From assembly GCA_965645245.1 (NCBI GenBank), contig OZ287071.1:1798001-1862000 (forward strand): a stretch of DNA of 64,000 nt, written 5' to 3'. The number at the start of each line of letters is the position of its first letter. The stretch's first letter is position 1. Origin of the DNA: Massalongia carnosa (Eukaryota). The position numbers were made by a program, and so were the translations under genes. Of this stretch, positions 37,169 to 49,328 are shown piece after piece. The notes beneath the pieces were generated by a model. The model saw nothing but the letters and a program-made list of their open reading frames with translations, searched no databases and was not told the origin of the DNA.

Positions 37169-40024
37169 GTGATCACTTCTCCACAAACTAAGAGTCATAA
37201 GGCTGTCTTAGCAATTTACAGAACTGGATGTTTAGGCAGTAGGTATTATAGTCTACTTTATTGTGTGAGTATAACTATACGTTGGTCCCCCCTATATCGT
37301 TACAAGCCAGTGTCAATCAGCGCCCCAGATATTCACAGCAGGAGGGATTTCGTTGCTGACTCAATGCAGCAGCCGGACGAAGACACGCTCGGCCCACCAA
37401 CCATCACTCTGCAATATCCAACTATTGCTATAAATGGTACACCTGCAAGCTGGCTGTTGCAGTCTCAGCTCATCACCATGGTCTCAAACCCTGATGACAG
37501 TTCTTGTGACGACACTCTTAGCTCTTTAGGAGACAGTACCTACGATTTTATAGATGATAAAAGTGTCGTAATATCAGATGACGAGGATCAAGACAATTCA
37601 AACCAATCAGATTCATCGAATGATCGACGCGAGACTGAGCCGCCATGCAACCGTCAGCAAGATGGAGGCGACATGAGGGAGAACACCAGTCATGATTCTT
37701 ATGGTCAGGCTTCTTCGCTTGCTTTTCATTTGGAAGATTCAACTACTACACAATCTGGCTCAACTTACGAAAAAGCCAAAGGCCATGGTGATGGACTTGC
37801 AGCCGAAGGCGGTGGAGAGATTTATGGAGGCCCGAACCAGGATAGGCACCAAGCGATAGAGCTCGCTGAATCAAGGGGTACCTTCATCGGTTCAAATAGA
37901 ACTACGGAAGGCTCGCATACATTGAGGGTCTTTCAAGGAGCTGAAATGTTCAATCTTATACATCATACTGCTCTGATGCCTTCGCCATCTCGAATTATTG
38001 CCACAGTTAAGCAAACGATGATTAGCCAAGGACTTGTTCTCCATGGGCCTTACAAGTTGCTGTATGTCGGAGGACCTTTGGCCAAAGATCCTATCATTCA
38101 AAAGTTCGGCGCAGCTTTGGCCGCAACATTGAGTTCCGAGAAGGATCGGCCGTCCAGGTTCAATGTAGTGCCGATCTCATCATTTGGGGAATCCTCATCT
38201 CCAGATGTTGTACTCATCGATTCTACTGGGTTAGAGCTAAGTGTTGAAGAGTGCAATTTGGCTTCCTTCACAAAACGGGAGGGAGGCAACGATACCATAT
38301 CCATGACTCTTTCCGATCAAACGCTTGTTGAGTCATTTTGGTCTGGGTCTAGATTTGCCATAACGAATCAGTGGAAACTTCCTGATATAGCAGTATTTTA
38401 TTTGTCTGACGATGACAATATATCGATCAAGCAGACTCGCCGCTTCGCCCGATCCTTCATGAGCCGTCACACTGTGCCGTGCATCTTCATTTCGCAGACA
38501 CTACTTTGGAATAAACCTGCAGAAATAATCGCGCTGGATCACATGACGCCGCATCTCTGTCTTCAGGCCTATGGCTCAGATATCCCGAAATTTGAAATTA
38601 TCAAACGATTACCGATTGACATACAAAACTTCTTAAGCCTTGATGCTCGCCAGCTGAACAGAAATCTAGCGTGCCTTGCGATGGCTCACAATAACTTTAA
38701 ACCATCAATCCGGCAGCGTTCAGTTTCAAATCCCAAGCCCCGGAAGGACTTCAGGGCCAAAACCAGGCGGTTTCCATATTATGCTTATCTCCCCTACTTC
38801 GGTGAATCTCGTATACTGAGAAAGATTCCATTTCTCGAGCTTTCTTCCCTGTTGCTTCTTTTTCTGGGGTTTTTTCTCTACCATGCTATTATCTCTGGTC
38901 TCTCCAATTTGGCCCCGGTTTCCGTTATGCGACAAAGCCTGACAAACTTTACAGCGGCTCATAATCAGGCGCTTCTAAAACCGACGATAACCAATCCTGC
39001 CGCGATTGGGGGTGAGTTCTCCACATTGCTGAGCTCAGTTCCGCAACCACCCAGACAAGAAACGGTTCCAAGAAAAAAATCCCCTCCGGGGCCTAACACA
39101 GATATTGCCTCGTTTCTCTTAGCCAGGCATGCCTTGATTCCAAATAGCTCCGATAAGTTTATGATCAACATCGTTGGAAATTCACACATTCTGCTCAGAC
39201 CACCATATTGGTTTACACGCTCTAGGAAGGCTTCAAACCTCTCCTTCAGCGTTTCACGCGGAGCTTCTACCCTAAGCTACCAGGTTTCAGCCCTTTTTGA
39301 TGGCCTGTTTGCGATAGAGATTCCCCGTGAGGACGCCTATGGTGTGCTCAAGGTTTCGGTATGGACAACTTCGAAACCAAGGATAAATGAGAGTTTTGAT
39401 GTGGACTTTGGAGCGTCTTGGTTAAGGTTTGCTAGATTGGTAGATGCTGGACACAAAATCCGGAGCTTTCTCCGAACAGATTTAAGTTTGATTAGCTCAG
39501 GGCTACCGGGCTTGTACAATTGTACCAAAGGAAAGCTTCAATATCTGGTTCATGAAGTACAAGAAAAGGCGGAAGAAATCCAAACTGAAGCCGGAAGGAT
39601 TGGTATGGCATCTTTCAATCAGACAGCCAAGACCAAAAACATTATCTTCATGCGAGTATTAGAAATACCTCATAGTCTTTCTAAGAGACTAGCTTCTGGG
39701 AACGTTGCAGCTTCTAAGAGAATCATGCGTCACGCGGAGCACCTACACAAGGATCTCATTGCTTCTGTAGCAAAAAGGTCCCTGATGGTATCTCGCCAAG
39801 CACAACGATTGTCTCAAGCGGCTTGTAGCATCAACGTCAAGGCCTTCACTCGTGATGTTAATGAGTACAGAAAGAGGCACAAACGATTGATTCAGAAGAG
39901 AGGTTTGAAATTTTGGTGGAAGATAAGGGGGTTACCGGATTACAAAATTAGCAATGTTAAGGCCTCGACCAACGCAAATATGATGAAAGGAAAGTCTGGG
40001 CATAAGAAGCGGACAACTAGGTGA
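37169..40024 (+). CDS. Uncharacterised membrane protein of about 850-950 aa (true start probably the ATG of MQQPDE or MVSNPD)
   Basis: 2.85-kb uninterrupted ORF with an acidic S/D-rich N-terminus, a globular middle, one hydrophobic segment (LSSLLLLFLGFFLYHAII) and a basic C-terminus. No family recognised. Confidence 0.8.
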   Translation: MITSPQTKSHKAVLAIYRTGCLGSRYYSLLYCVSITIRWSPLYRYKPVSISAPDIHSRRDFVADSMQQPDEDTLGPPTITLQYPTIAINGTPASWLLQSQLITMVSNPDDSSCDDTLSSLGDSTYDFIDDKSVVISDDEDQDNSNQSDSSNDRRETEPPCNRQQDGGDMRENTSHDSYGQASSLAFHLEDSTTTQSGSTYEKAKGHGDGLAAEGGGEIYGGPNQDRHQAIELAESRGTFIGSNRTTEGSHTLRVFQGAEMFNLIHHTALMPSPSRIIATVKQTMISQGLVLHGPYKLLYVGGPLAKDPIIQKFGAALAATLSSEKDRPSRFNVVPISSFGESSSPDVVLIDSTGLELSVEECNLASFTKREGGNDTISMTLSDQTLVESFWSGSRFAITNQWKLPDIAVFYLSDDDNISIKQTRRFARSFMSRHTVPCIFISQTLLWNKPAEIIALDHMTPHLCLQAYGSDIPKFEIIKRLPIDIQNFLSLDARQLNRNLACLAMAHNNFKPSIRQRSVSNPKPRKDFRAKTRRFPYYAYLPYFGESRILRKIPFLELSSLLLLFLGFFLYHAIISGLSNLAPVSVMRQSLTNFTAAHNQALLKPTITNPAAIGGEFSTLLSSVPQPPRQETVPRKKSPPGPNTDIASFLLARHALIPNSSDKFMINIVGNSHILLRPPYWFTRSRKASNLSFSVSRGASTLSYQVSALFDGLFAIEIPREDAYGVLKVSVWTTSKPRINESFDVDFGASWLRFARLVDAGHKIRSFLRTDLSLISSGLPGLYNCTKGKLQYLVHEVQEKAEEIQTEAGRIGMASFNQTAKTKNIIFMRVLEIPHSLSKRLASGNVAASKRIMRHAEHLHKDLIASVAKRSLMVSRQAQRLSQAACSINVKAFTRDVNEYRKRHKRLIQKRGLKFWWKIRGLPDYKISNVKASTNANMMKGKSGHKKRTTR

Positions 40025-40437
40025 AATGGATAATTATTGGGTTGATTTGGCGCTTTTTCTAAAGATGGACTTGACAATTTAGAAGCCATAGAAGTACCTA
40101 CCTGGAGGGGGAAATGGAAACTGAGGGCCATGGCGTTGCTCAGGTGGCAGGATTTCTTCTGCTTATGATAACTATGTTGTATCACAAACCCCGAAAGCGG
40201 AATCAACGTCTAAACTATCAGTGATGATATTTAGCATACGTCATAGCTCCGTAGCTCCGCAATTTAGTTAAGCCCTGCGGGCGCTAATTAGCCCTGCACT
40301 ACCTTAGCTAGTATGAATCACTTGCAACACCATCAATATACCCAACATTCTCAAGTTTCTTGTTTCATCAACTTTATCTCTTTCTGCATAAGTCCGCAGT
40401 ACCATATATCATATTGTTACTTGAGTTCTCATTCAGC

Positions 40438-41403
40438 ATGACTTCAAAGGAGGACAACAAAGAAGAACTAGGTACGGTCCAAGTTTCTCCTAGGGAACCT
40501 TCAGATGCGCCAAGGGAAGAATCCCAACCCCAAGAAACGCGAAGCCAAAAGACCTCCGAGAACTCCAAAAGCGCTTTGACAGAACTAGCTAGTTCTGCAG
40601 CTACATCCGCCACCACTGTCGTGGCTGGGGTAAAAGATAATGTTTTTTCCATGTTCGGGGGTGGATCGAAGAAGGAAAAGAAAGTAGAGCCTGACGACCA
40701 AGTCGAAGAGGCATCTGGTTCAGCAAAGGCGCAGAAAGCTGCTGAAGCTGAAGCTGAGGGGGAGGTTGGTTTCCTGTGTACCATGGTAACTTTAAGTCCA
40801 TGGTTACTGCTAACTCTGGTTCACGCCCAAGGATGAGGCACCAGATTCCCCTGATGTTCACTTCGAGCCCGTTGTGCATTTGACGGAGAAGGTAGAGACG
40901 AAGACCAACGAGGAGCTTGAAGAACAGATATTTAAGATGCGAGCGAAGCTCTTCAAGTTCGATAGAGAGAGCAAGGAGTGGAAGGAGCGGGGGACGGGTG
41001 ATGTACGACTACTCAAGCATAAAGAAAATCACAAGACAAGATTGGTCATGAGGAGAGACAAGACCTTGAAAGTCTGTGCCAATCATTACGGTAGCGCTGA
41101 GACCTTGACTAGATTTCGGGCGCCTATGCTTACTACTCGTTAGTGGTACCGGACATGAAGCTATCACCAAACGTCGGCAGCGATAGAAGCTGGGTATGGA
41201 ATGCTGCAGCGGATGTTAGTGAGGGCGAACCAGAGGCACAAACTCTTGCAATCCGTTTTGCCAACAGCGATAGTATGATCTATTCTACGCTGATTTGCCC
41301 CCTCTAGCTCTTTGCTAACCTTTCCATAATAGATGCCAATCTCTTCAAAGAGGCTTTTATAAAAGCACAGCAGGAGAATGAAGCGCTATTCAAGGAGGAC
41401 TAA
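40438..41403 (+). CDS. YRB1: Ran-binding protein 1 (RanBP1), 4 exons
   Basis: [76 protein letters not shown]. Confidence 0.96.
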
Positions 41404-42223
41404 GTCACAACTAAGGAGCTAGAATAAACCAGGAAGCGTGTCAGTGAAGTTCAATTCGTTCTCAATTCTCATGACCAAGGTAGCCGTACATTTTGCAGTC
41501 GTATGGTCGTACCTAGTACCTCTCATAGTTATGTCGTCATTGCCCCGGTTCCATCTACAGATTCGTCAGGTCATGATAGGGGCTATTTCTAACATCACTC
41601 AAAAACCCATTCTTCATCTCAATCTGGCTCCGCAGCCCGTCAACTGCGCTCCTCATGTAATTCACGTTACCTCAAGTGTTCTCTATTTGGCCCTCATATG
41701 TTCAAGAAATCTTGCTTGTGTCACCTTTCACTTGTTAGCCTCGTCTTACCGCTCTTCTATATTGACCAAAGTGATTATGTGGACCTAGGGTTGAGCGAAG
41801 ATGTGAGTGCTAGTAGAAGTGTGAGATATAGTGGTAAAAGCGATAGGCCTGTGCGCCCAGCCGCTACCCACGTATCTGATGCAAATTTTCTGAGATACGG
41901 TCACGGATGGAGATGAAAGATTTGTAGTTGGCATGGCATAAATCGTACGCCTCTTTAAACTCAAACCATCAGATCAAATAGCATCTGGGCTTAAGTAGCT
42001 GAAAGACTTTTATCCCCGCACATTTAATTTAAAGTGTGCTTTTCATATCTTATCTAACTAAGTATTGTACTGTATACTGTAATATTTGATTAAGTACGGA
42101 TACGTGTTCCCGTGCTCCTCCCCCCACCACGCGTTATCTACACGTCCTCTCCACATCTTTACTATTACTATAACATTGAGCATTTATCTCATCACAGCCG
42201 ACGTAGCATCTCTCTTCAACATC

Positions 42224-43326
42224 ATGCCTGACGTAAGAGCCCAAGGACAACTTGTTTGCACTCCATTCTCCGATGATAAATGTGCTGACCAAGAAATCCA
42301 ATCAAGGTTAAACGAACCGTCAAGATTATTACTGAGCAACAAGTAATGTAAGGTCCCCTTGCGTTGCTTATCTTTACCATGGGTTTTGCCATTAATACTT
42401 ACCAATGAATGCTGCCATATCAGCGACAAGCCCTCAGGTGTTGAGGGATTCCCTTTGCGGCAATGGAGTATACATATTGTCCTTCTAAACGATCATGGCG
42501 AGGAAATACCTGCTACGATTTTTGAGAAGGCAACCTATAAGCTACATCCTTCGTTCGACAAGCGGGCGACTCAAGGTAAAACTTCTGGAACTGTCTCCTA
42601 TTGCATAGAAATTGACAACAATGCTTCCGTATATAGTATTTAAGAAGCCCCCTTTTCGAATAGAGGAAGAAGGATGGGGAGAATTTGATATGACCATTGT
42701 GCTATCAGCGTTAGATAAAGGAGGCGACCATTCACTGCAGCACGATCTTAACTTTCAAGCTGAGAGATACGAAGCAAAACATCCGCTCGTAAGTCCATAT
42801 GGCACAAGGAAGCGTCTCGAAGTAATAATGCTAACTGCATGGACAACCAGACTTTTAAAAACCCTAAGCCAGCTTTACTCGCCGCTTTGAAAGAGTCCGG
42901 CTCTACTTTTGGCGAGGAGAACGGAGTAAAGCCGAAGCGAGGAGATGAGTCAACTAAAAAGAAGAAACGACCTGACAAAGGAGTATGTGTTGTTGAAACC
43001 AATATGAAGTCCTAATATCCTCATTTGATGCATGGCACTAAAGCCATCTACCGCAGATTGACATGGAGAAGCTTGCGGATAATCTCCAAAGATTAGGAGA
43101 AGACGATCTACTTCAGGTAGTGAGTATGGTACACGAAAATAAGACTGCCGATACATACACGAAAAACGATGTCGACCGTGAGCTATCCATTGTAACTCCT
43201 TTTCACTTGTTTTCCAAGTGGCTAACCAACGAAACAGAAGGCGAATTTCACGTTGACCTCTATACACTCCCAGATAGCCTAGTTCGAATGCTATGGGAAT
43301 TTTCACAGGAAAAGCTTGGTGCATGA
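42224..43326 (+). CDS. TAF14: YEATS-domain protein Taf14/Tfg3, multi-exon with a 9-nt first coding exon
   Basis: MPD|VKRTVKIITEQ...GFPLRQWSI...YKLHPSF...PPFRIEEEGWGEFDM...HDLNF; C-terminal DMEKLA..LQRLGEDDLLQVV...GEFHVDLYTLPD. Confidence 0.95.
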
Positions 43327-45629
43327 CAACAGCTTCAACAGCACTTCTAAACACCATTATTTCTCTCGGTAAGATACCCCACATCATTTTGGCCTTGGAT
43401 CGGCTTTGTCGATGTATTAGCGCAGCCTGGAAGGAAGAGTTTCACGAAAAACTTGCCCGACCCCAAGTTATGGTTACGATCAATTTACGAGACATTGTGG
43501 TGCTATGGCGCTGCAATTTCAGCGTTGCTTAAAGCACGGTAATATTTCACATGTATCAAAAATTTGGTCTCTTTAAACTTGGCTATGAATCCGAGCGTAG
43601 CCTTAACAATCTGTGGTGAAAACAGCTTGAAGCGCCACTCTACGTCAACAACATTGTGCTCCGGATGCCTTTATTTGGGGATCGGTTCTCGTCGGTTCTC
43701 ATAGAATACGACAGCCCATGCAATGTTGAGTAGCCAACGGACTTTTTTAACTTCCTACTTAATGGTGTAATCTATCTATTGCCTTAGCCCCGACTTGGGT
43801 CTAGCACTGTGATTGAAGGCTACAGGCTTCACACTCGGCGAGATACCTATGTATTTGGATAGTCGCACGCGCACCTCACGTATTCAATCAATCCAGAGAG
43901 TTCCGTATTCTTTGAGCATGTGATGCTCATTGGAGACCACAACTGTTTCAAAGTCTATGCGAAAAAAGAGAACATGTCCAATGCTTATGCGCTGGTTTTG
44001 GTCCTGGGCATATTCGTATAGAAGCATATCCTGTCAAATATCCTTTCCATGTAGCATTTTACTCTCATGCCCTTGAATTTTGATTCTATATGTACTTGCA
44101 ATACCACCCTTTGCTCCTTCACTTTTCACTCTGATACCCCTCCTTTGTTTTCGATGCTCGATACCTGCCCAATTTTCTTTGTGTCCTCCATCAACATTGT
44201 CTTTCATCCGCTCCTTTTTGATTCTCTTCCAATCGGGATTCCACTCTAAAGCGGAAGTATAGGAGAGATTAAAGGAAAGCATCCTGAGAGGCAAACCGAC
44301 GGTAGGAAATAGGAAGCTAGAGAGATAGAAAAGGTGCGACTTAGGGGGATGGTAAGAAGAAAGTGGATAACTTTTTAACATCAAACATCAAGCCGAGAGT
44401 TGGTTGATTCCTAGCCATACTTTGGACTCTTTCTGTTCTCTCTCTGTCTATCTCTTTCCAACGTGATGTAACTGTAGAGCTGCACTGGCATCTCGAACAC
44501 CTCAAAACTTAGAGCAAGGCGTTAAGTATCTCTGCGTTCTGGGAGGAGTGCCTTCCCTCCCTGAACCTGCAATCCTTGTTCATAATCTTCAGTTCACCAA
44601 AAATCCGTAAGATTGAGCAGTGGAAAAGTCACTACCTATGACAAACACTACGTCTCGTCATGCAAACAACCCTCATGATCATTGCATGAGCCCTAACGTA
44701 CATCTATCTACTTAGGCATCAATTGAGTGCAGTTCAGTCGGTCTTTGACAGTTTATCGAGCGTATCTCCGCCCATTCATAGTCCTTGTAGTTGCTGGTCA
44801 ATAGTACTGCTTCCAAACCTTCTGTGTATCGCAATTGTATGCTTGCAAGACGCAAACAAAGCCCGCTCTCTTTTCATGACGGTCCCTGAGTAATTATGGG
44901 ACGTTCCTCGATACACGCCAGGTATCAAGAATTTACGTAATGTTTTAAAGGCTCAAAGTTGTACTCAATGGACTTCATAGAACTGTATCCTTTCATCCTC
45001 GTACGGAGGTAAGGAATCCCTCGTGTATTTATTTTGTTAAAATACGTCAACCTTTACTCTTGCTGTTGCTGTCATCCTCTGTCTACACATCCATCCCTTG
45101 GATCTATCGTACAATTAGAAAGGTATTATCATCATGGGGTTCCTTCCATGCAAAGTCTTTGGCAAAAACTCATGCACGGCATTTTAAGTCTCGGTTGCCT
45201 TAGAGTATAGAGCAGAGGGTCAGGGTTGTTAAGATGATGAGGAAGAATTGCTGGGATCTAACGCCATGGTCAAATGTTAACCTAACAGCATCAAAGCGTT
45301 GGGTCTTTACACTGTGGCAAGTCCGCTGTACGCAGGAGACTCATTGTTGTTAGCTCTTTTGAGATAGAGAACCCAACAACGAATCGGAGCAAGGTACTGA
45401 GTAGACCTTGTTTGTGTGTGTGGCTTGCTCCTCTTGTTGCGCATAAGCTGCGCGTATTTCCTTATCCAAACGAAACTGTGCACTTTTTCCTTTGGAATCC
45501 CATGCCTCATCATATTGTATAAGTTTTATATATTGTGTTCATTTATGAAGTGCCCCAACTACTTCAAGTCTTCCAAACTTTCCCACTTTCTTTATTATTA
45601 CCAATTCTCTCTACACCATCTTGACCTTG

Positions 45630-47640
45630 ATGATATCTAGCCATTACAGCGGAGAAGCTTCCAGAGATGTTCAAGAGCCTTCATTCCGAGACGGTCTGGA
45701 GTTAGTTGGTGTGTCTCACCTAGACGACTGGTCGTCTCAAATGACCTAGATAATGCTCAGAATTGACTGTTTGCTGTCAAGATTTACCATACCATTATCC
45801 TAGCAACCTTTGGCTTCCTTATGTATAACTTCACCCATGTGCTCTGCGATCGGGGATGCTGAGAGTGCTGATTGTTTGGCAAAGCACCTTCTCCACCACA
45901 AGTGTTCTTACCAGGTATCCATGACGTCGCACATTATTTTCACGTTTCCACGTTAGCTTCCATCGTACCCTTCTCGCTTTTTGTTCTAGGCTACGCCTCT
46001 GGTCCTATAACCTTAGCTCCCTGCAGCGACACATTTGGCCGTTGAGCTGTATACTAGACTTCAATATCATGTTACGCAATCTTTATCCTGGGCTGTGTGC
46101 TGTCTCAAAACTTCCCCAGCTTGTTTATTTGCCGCTTCCTCACGAGACTGTTTGGGAGCCCTAATTTGAGTATTGGTAGCGGAACCATTGCTGATATATG
46201 GGAGCCTAGGGAACGTGCAGTCTCGATGGCGGCTTATGTTGCGGCGCCTTTTATCGGCCCCACAATTGGGTATGAATTTGGTTGTTAATTATTGTGGCTT
46301 CACCCAAAGGCATTATGAGAAGACTGCGCCGTGCTGATATTCATACATCACTTTAGGGTCTTGATTGGCAGCTTGGTAGTTGAGGCCAACGGTTGGCGCT
46401 AGATGCAGTGGATCACTCTCTTTTCCGCCGTTGCCATTCACATATTATCTCTTTTCGTCCGCGAGACATACAAGAAAACCATCCTTTCGCACCGAGCACG
46501 CAGGAAGTGGTGCCTCCAGCTAGCATCTGGCAATGCGCCACTACAGCTCTCGGGAAAAATAGCACACTAACTTCTCTCAGTCGCCTTGACACGGCTTATA
46601 TATGCTTTTCACAGAACCTATTGTTGGCCTTCTTAGTCTATACGTTGCCTTTGTCTTTGCGATTGGATATGCTTTCTACGCTACCATTCCATGGATATTC
46701 GTGCGCGAGTATGGCTTCTCCGTTGTCTCTCGAGGCCTTGTATTTCTTAGCCTGACTTCCGGGTATGAAGGGGCAATTGGTACCATTATCTATAACACCC
46801 AAATGCAGACGAAGCGACGACAGCATGCTAGAGCAAAAGAAGTAGATAGTAAGGTGAGCTCCTCGCTAGAGGAGAGTCTTTATTTGGTGATGCTTGGTGG
46901 CTAGGCTCTAACCATCGCTCTTTTCTGTTTCGGCTGGTCGGCCAATGCTACGGTTCCTTGGATAGTACCGTTCATCGCTGTTGCGGTGTATGGGTGGGGC
47001 ACTCTTCTTGTTTTCGTACGTAAATTCCGTTTCTAATCTGTTTCTTGTACTTTCTCCCTGCAAAATTTAGACAGGAAAAGGAAGACGAAACTGTTAGCTT
47101 GGCGGCCAAGCGGCTAAGGGTTCATCAGAGGAAAGTTGCTGATTGCCAACACGGACAGATGGGCGCAAACATATACATCATGAACACATATGGTTCCCTG
47201 TAGGGCGCGTCCGCAATAGCAACCAACCGCTTCCTATCATTCTTGTTTGCCGTTATGTTTTCACTCTTTGCGATCCAGAGTAAGTAGTTGCAGAATTTCT
47301 TCCGTTTCCCCCCTCCTAAAACTTCCTACAAGAGAGCCTAGTTATTTGGTTGCTGGATATTTCCCCTTCGCCCCCTCGTCTTCAACGAAATAAATCATTG
47401 TACACTCAAAAGGCAAAAGAATGGGGCAAAGTAACTGAATGGAAAGGGGTGTGGATGGTGAATATGTAGCGCAATGCCAACAACGATTAACCACAAAGTG
47501 TTCTCGACGCTGGGAATCGCGTGGGCAAGCAGCCCACTGGGATTAATAGCCGCCGCACTGAACCCCACGCCATGGATATTTTTTACCGGTACGGCGTTCG
47601 GTTATGAGGAATGAGCAAGTCGAGGAGGGTGATAGTAAGA
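45630..47640 (+). pseudogene. MFS drug:H+ antiporter (DHA1-like) pseudogene
   Basis: Recognisable motifs (D..NAQN*, GPITLAPCSDTFGR*, CRFLTRLFGSP, GTIADIW, GWR*MQW, MLFTEPIV, YGSL*GASA) broken by in-frame stops at 45764, 46043, 46400, 46902 and 47201, plus at least one frameshift near 45735. Confidence 0.88.
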
Positions 47641-48123
47641 GATAGGTATGTCGGGGGCAATGAACAAACAAGTTTGTACGCGCTAGTCTCGCTTTCCGAC
47701 ATGGATATATACAATGTATGATGTATTCTAGTCTTGATTGATTTTTCGCTGAAGTAGAGGGAGAAATCTATATGGGTCGAGAACAATAGCCTCAACGCTA
47801 CTAAGCAGAAGGCTGGGGTTTGCACAAAGCCATCAGAAGAATGGACCAATAATATCATATATGTGTATATATATTTTTTTGAAAACAGATCTCTCCTGCA
47901 AGCATTGTCTGTCCCCCCCAAAGCCAACGCCGGCAAGCAAGAATAGAGAGAAGAAGACGCATGACGTAAGTTAGAACCAAACTCATCAGGGGTAGTTTGG
48001 GCAATCCCCAAGGTTGGGGGCCAACATGAAAGGGAGCAATCTAAGCACAGGAAAAATCTGATATCGTCGCAGAACCAAGGAGAACGGAACGATGCTCTCT
48101 GCAAAGCCAAACCCGCAGAACTG

Positions 48124-48124
<1 letters not shown>

Positions 48125-48154
<30 letters not shown>

Positions 48155-48265
48155 CGACAAAAACAACAACAAGAACAACAACAACAAGAACAACAACAAC
48201 AAGAACAACAAGAACAACAACAACAAGAACAACAACAACAAGAACAACAACAACAACAACAGCAA
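48125..48265. repeat. Compound trinucleotide repeat: (CAT)9 followed by a CAA/GAA run of about 110 bp
   Basis: Read directly from the sequence, just downstream of the phosducin-like gene stop. Confidence 0.95.
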
Positions 48266-48347
48266 CTCTCCAAAAACCCCAGCGAACCCCCGTCAGGCAC
48301 ATGGTCCGTCTCCCGTATATCATACAACCACCGTCGTAAGGTTTCTT

Positions 48348-49328
48348 TTAGATGACGATGATCCTATGACTAGCCAAACATTAGCAACGGGTTTGCTAAC
48401 CCTTCGAAACTCCGCGAAAAAAAACGTGCTCACCGCTGCAAAATACTTTCCAACGAGGATTGATTCATTTCCTGTCCAGCAGGCAGCTCGCTCATGACCG
48501 ACGCAAGATTAGCAAAGCAGTCCCCTCCCCTGTATGCCAATACACCCGGTACAGCGATCTCGTCCATCTCCGCGTCCAGCTGGTGGAGTTTCACGAACCG
48601 AACAGTAGGATGTTTGTGAGCGAGGATATCAAGAGCATCTTCCACAATGCCGCTAACAGCAGACTGAAAGGTGATCTTTGTTAGCGGGGCAGATACGGAG
48701 GAGGATTTAGAGCGAGTCGTACCTCATCGTCATAGATCAAAACCACCACGATTGTGTCGGCAGGAACCTTCTCTACAGCATCGAGATAGCCGGTTGGATC
48801 GACCGCGGTCACAGTGCCGTATTTTCGCTGGCTAGGGGATTGTCTTCGTGTCCGGAGCTCCTGGTTCATCGTTGCCAGCTCGTCCAAACGGTTGGCCCGC
48901 CATGTACGCATAAAATCCTCTTCATCATCGTCTGCCGAGATGTCTGGGCTTGCACTCCTCTCGCGTAAGAAATCATAGGCCGGCTTCTTTTGTTTGGCGA
49001 ACAGCGGGGGAGATGGGCTGTTGGAGAACACTTGTAGAGTCTGTCGGAAGCTGCGTTTCCTGGCGCTCTCAAAGCTGCGGGCATCGGCTATGACACCTTT
49101 GGGGCCGGTGTTGGCATTGAAATTCGTGGTACTCGGAAGGTGGTAAGTGGAGGAAGGCATATCAGCTCGGTGATTGGGGGCAAGCGCTTGGTCGTCGTCG
49201 ATGTCCGAATGAAAAGTGGTGCTATCGTTATCGGAGGAGGAAGATAAGTTGTCTTCTGGATGACGCTGGGAGGTTTGCTTCGCCCCGCTGAACAAGACAT
49301 CAAACTCGTCCACCGCCATGTTCGACAT
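48348..49328 (-). CDS. phnA: Phosducin-like protein, class I (PhLP1/PhnA/BDM-1), 3 exons
   Basis: G-beta-binding signature NTGPKGVIADA; FMRTWRANRL; thioredoxin-like YLDAVEK...VVVLIYD|...VRFVKL...VPGVLAYRGGDCFANL; short last exon ending HRIIVI*. Confidence 0.92.

Noticed and set aside
43500..45600. Short ORFs upstream of the MFS pseudogene
   Set aside because: No motifs, repeats or splice pattern that I can support.
47583..48323. 246-aa Val/Asp-rich ORF and overlapping Leu-rich ORF
   Set aside because: These are antisense readings of the CAT/CAA repeat with no protein-like content.
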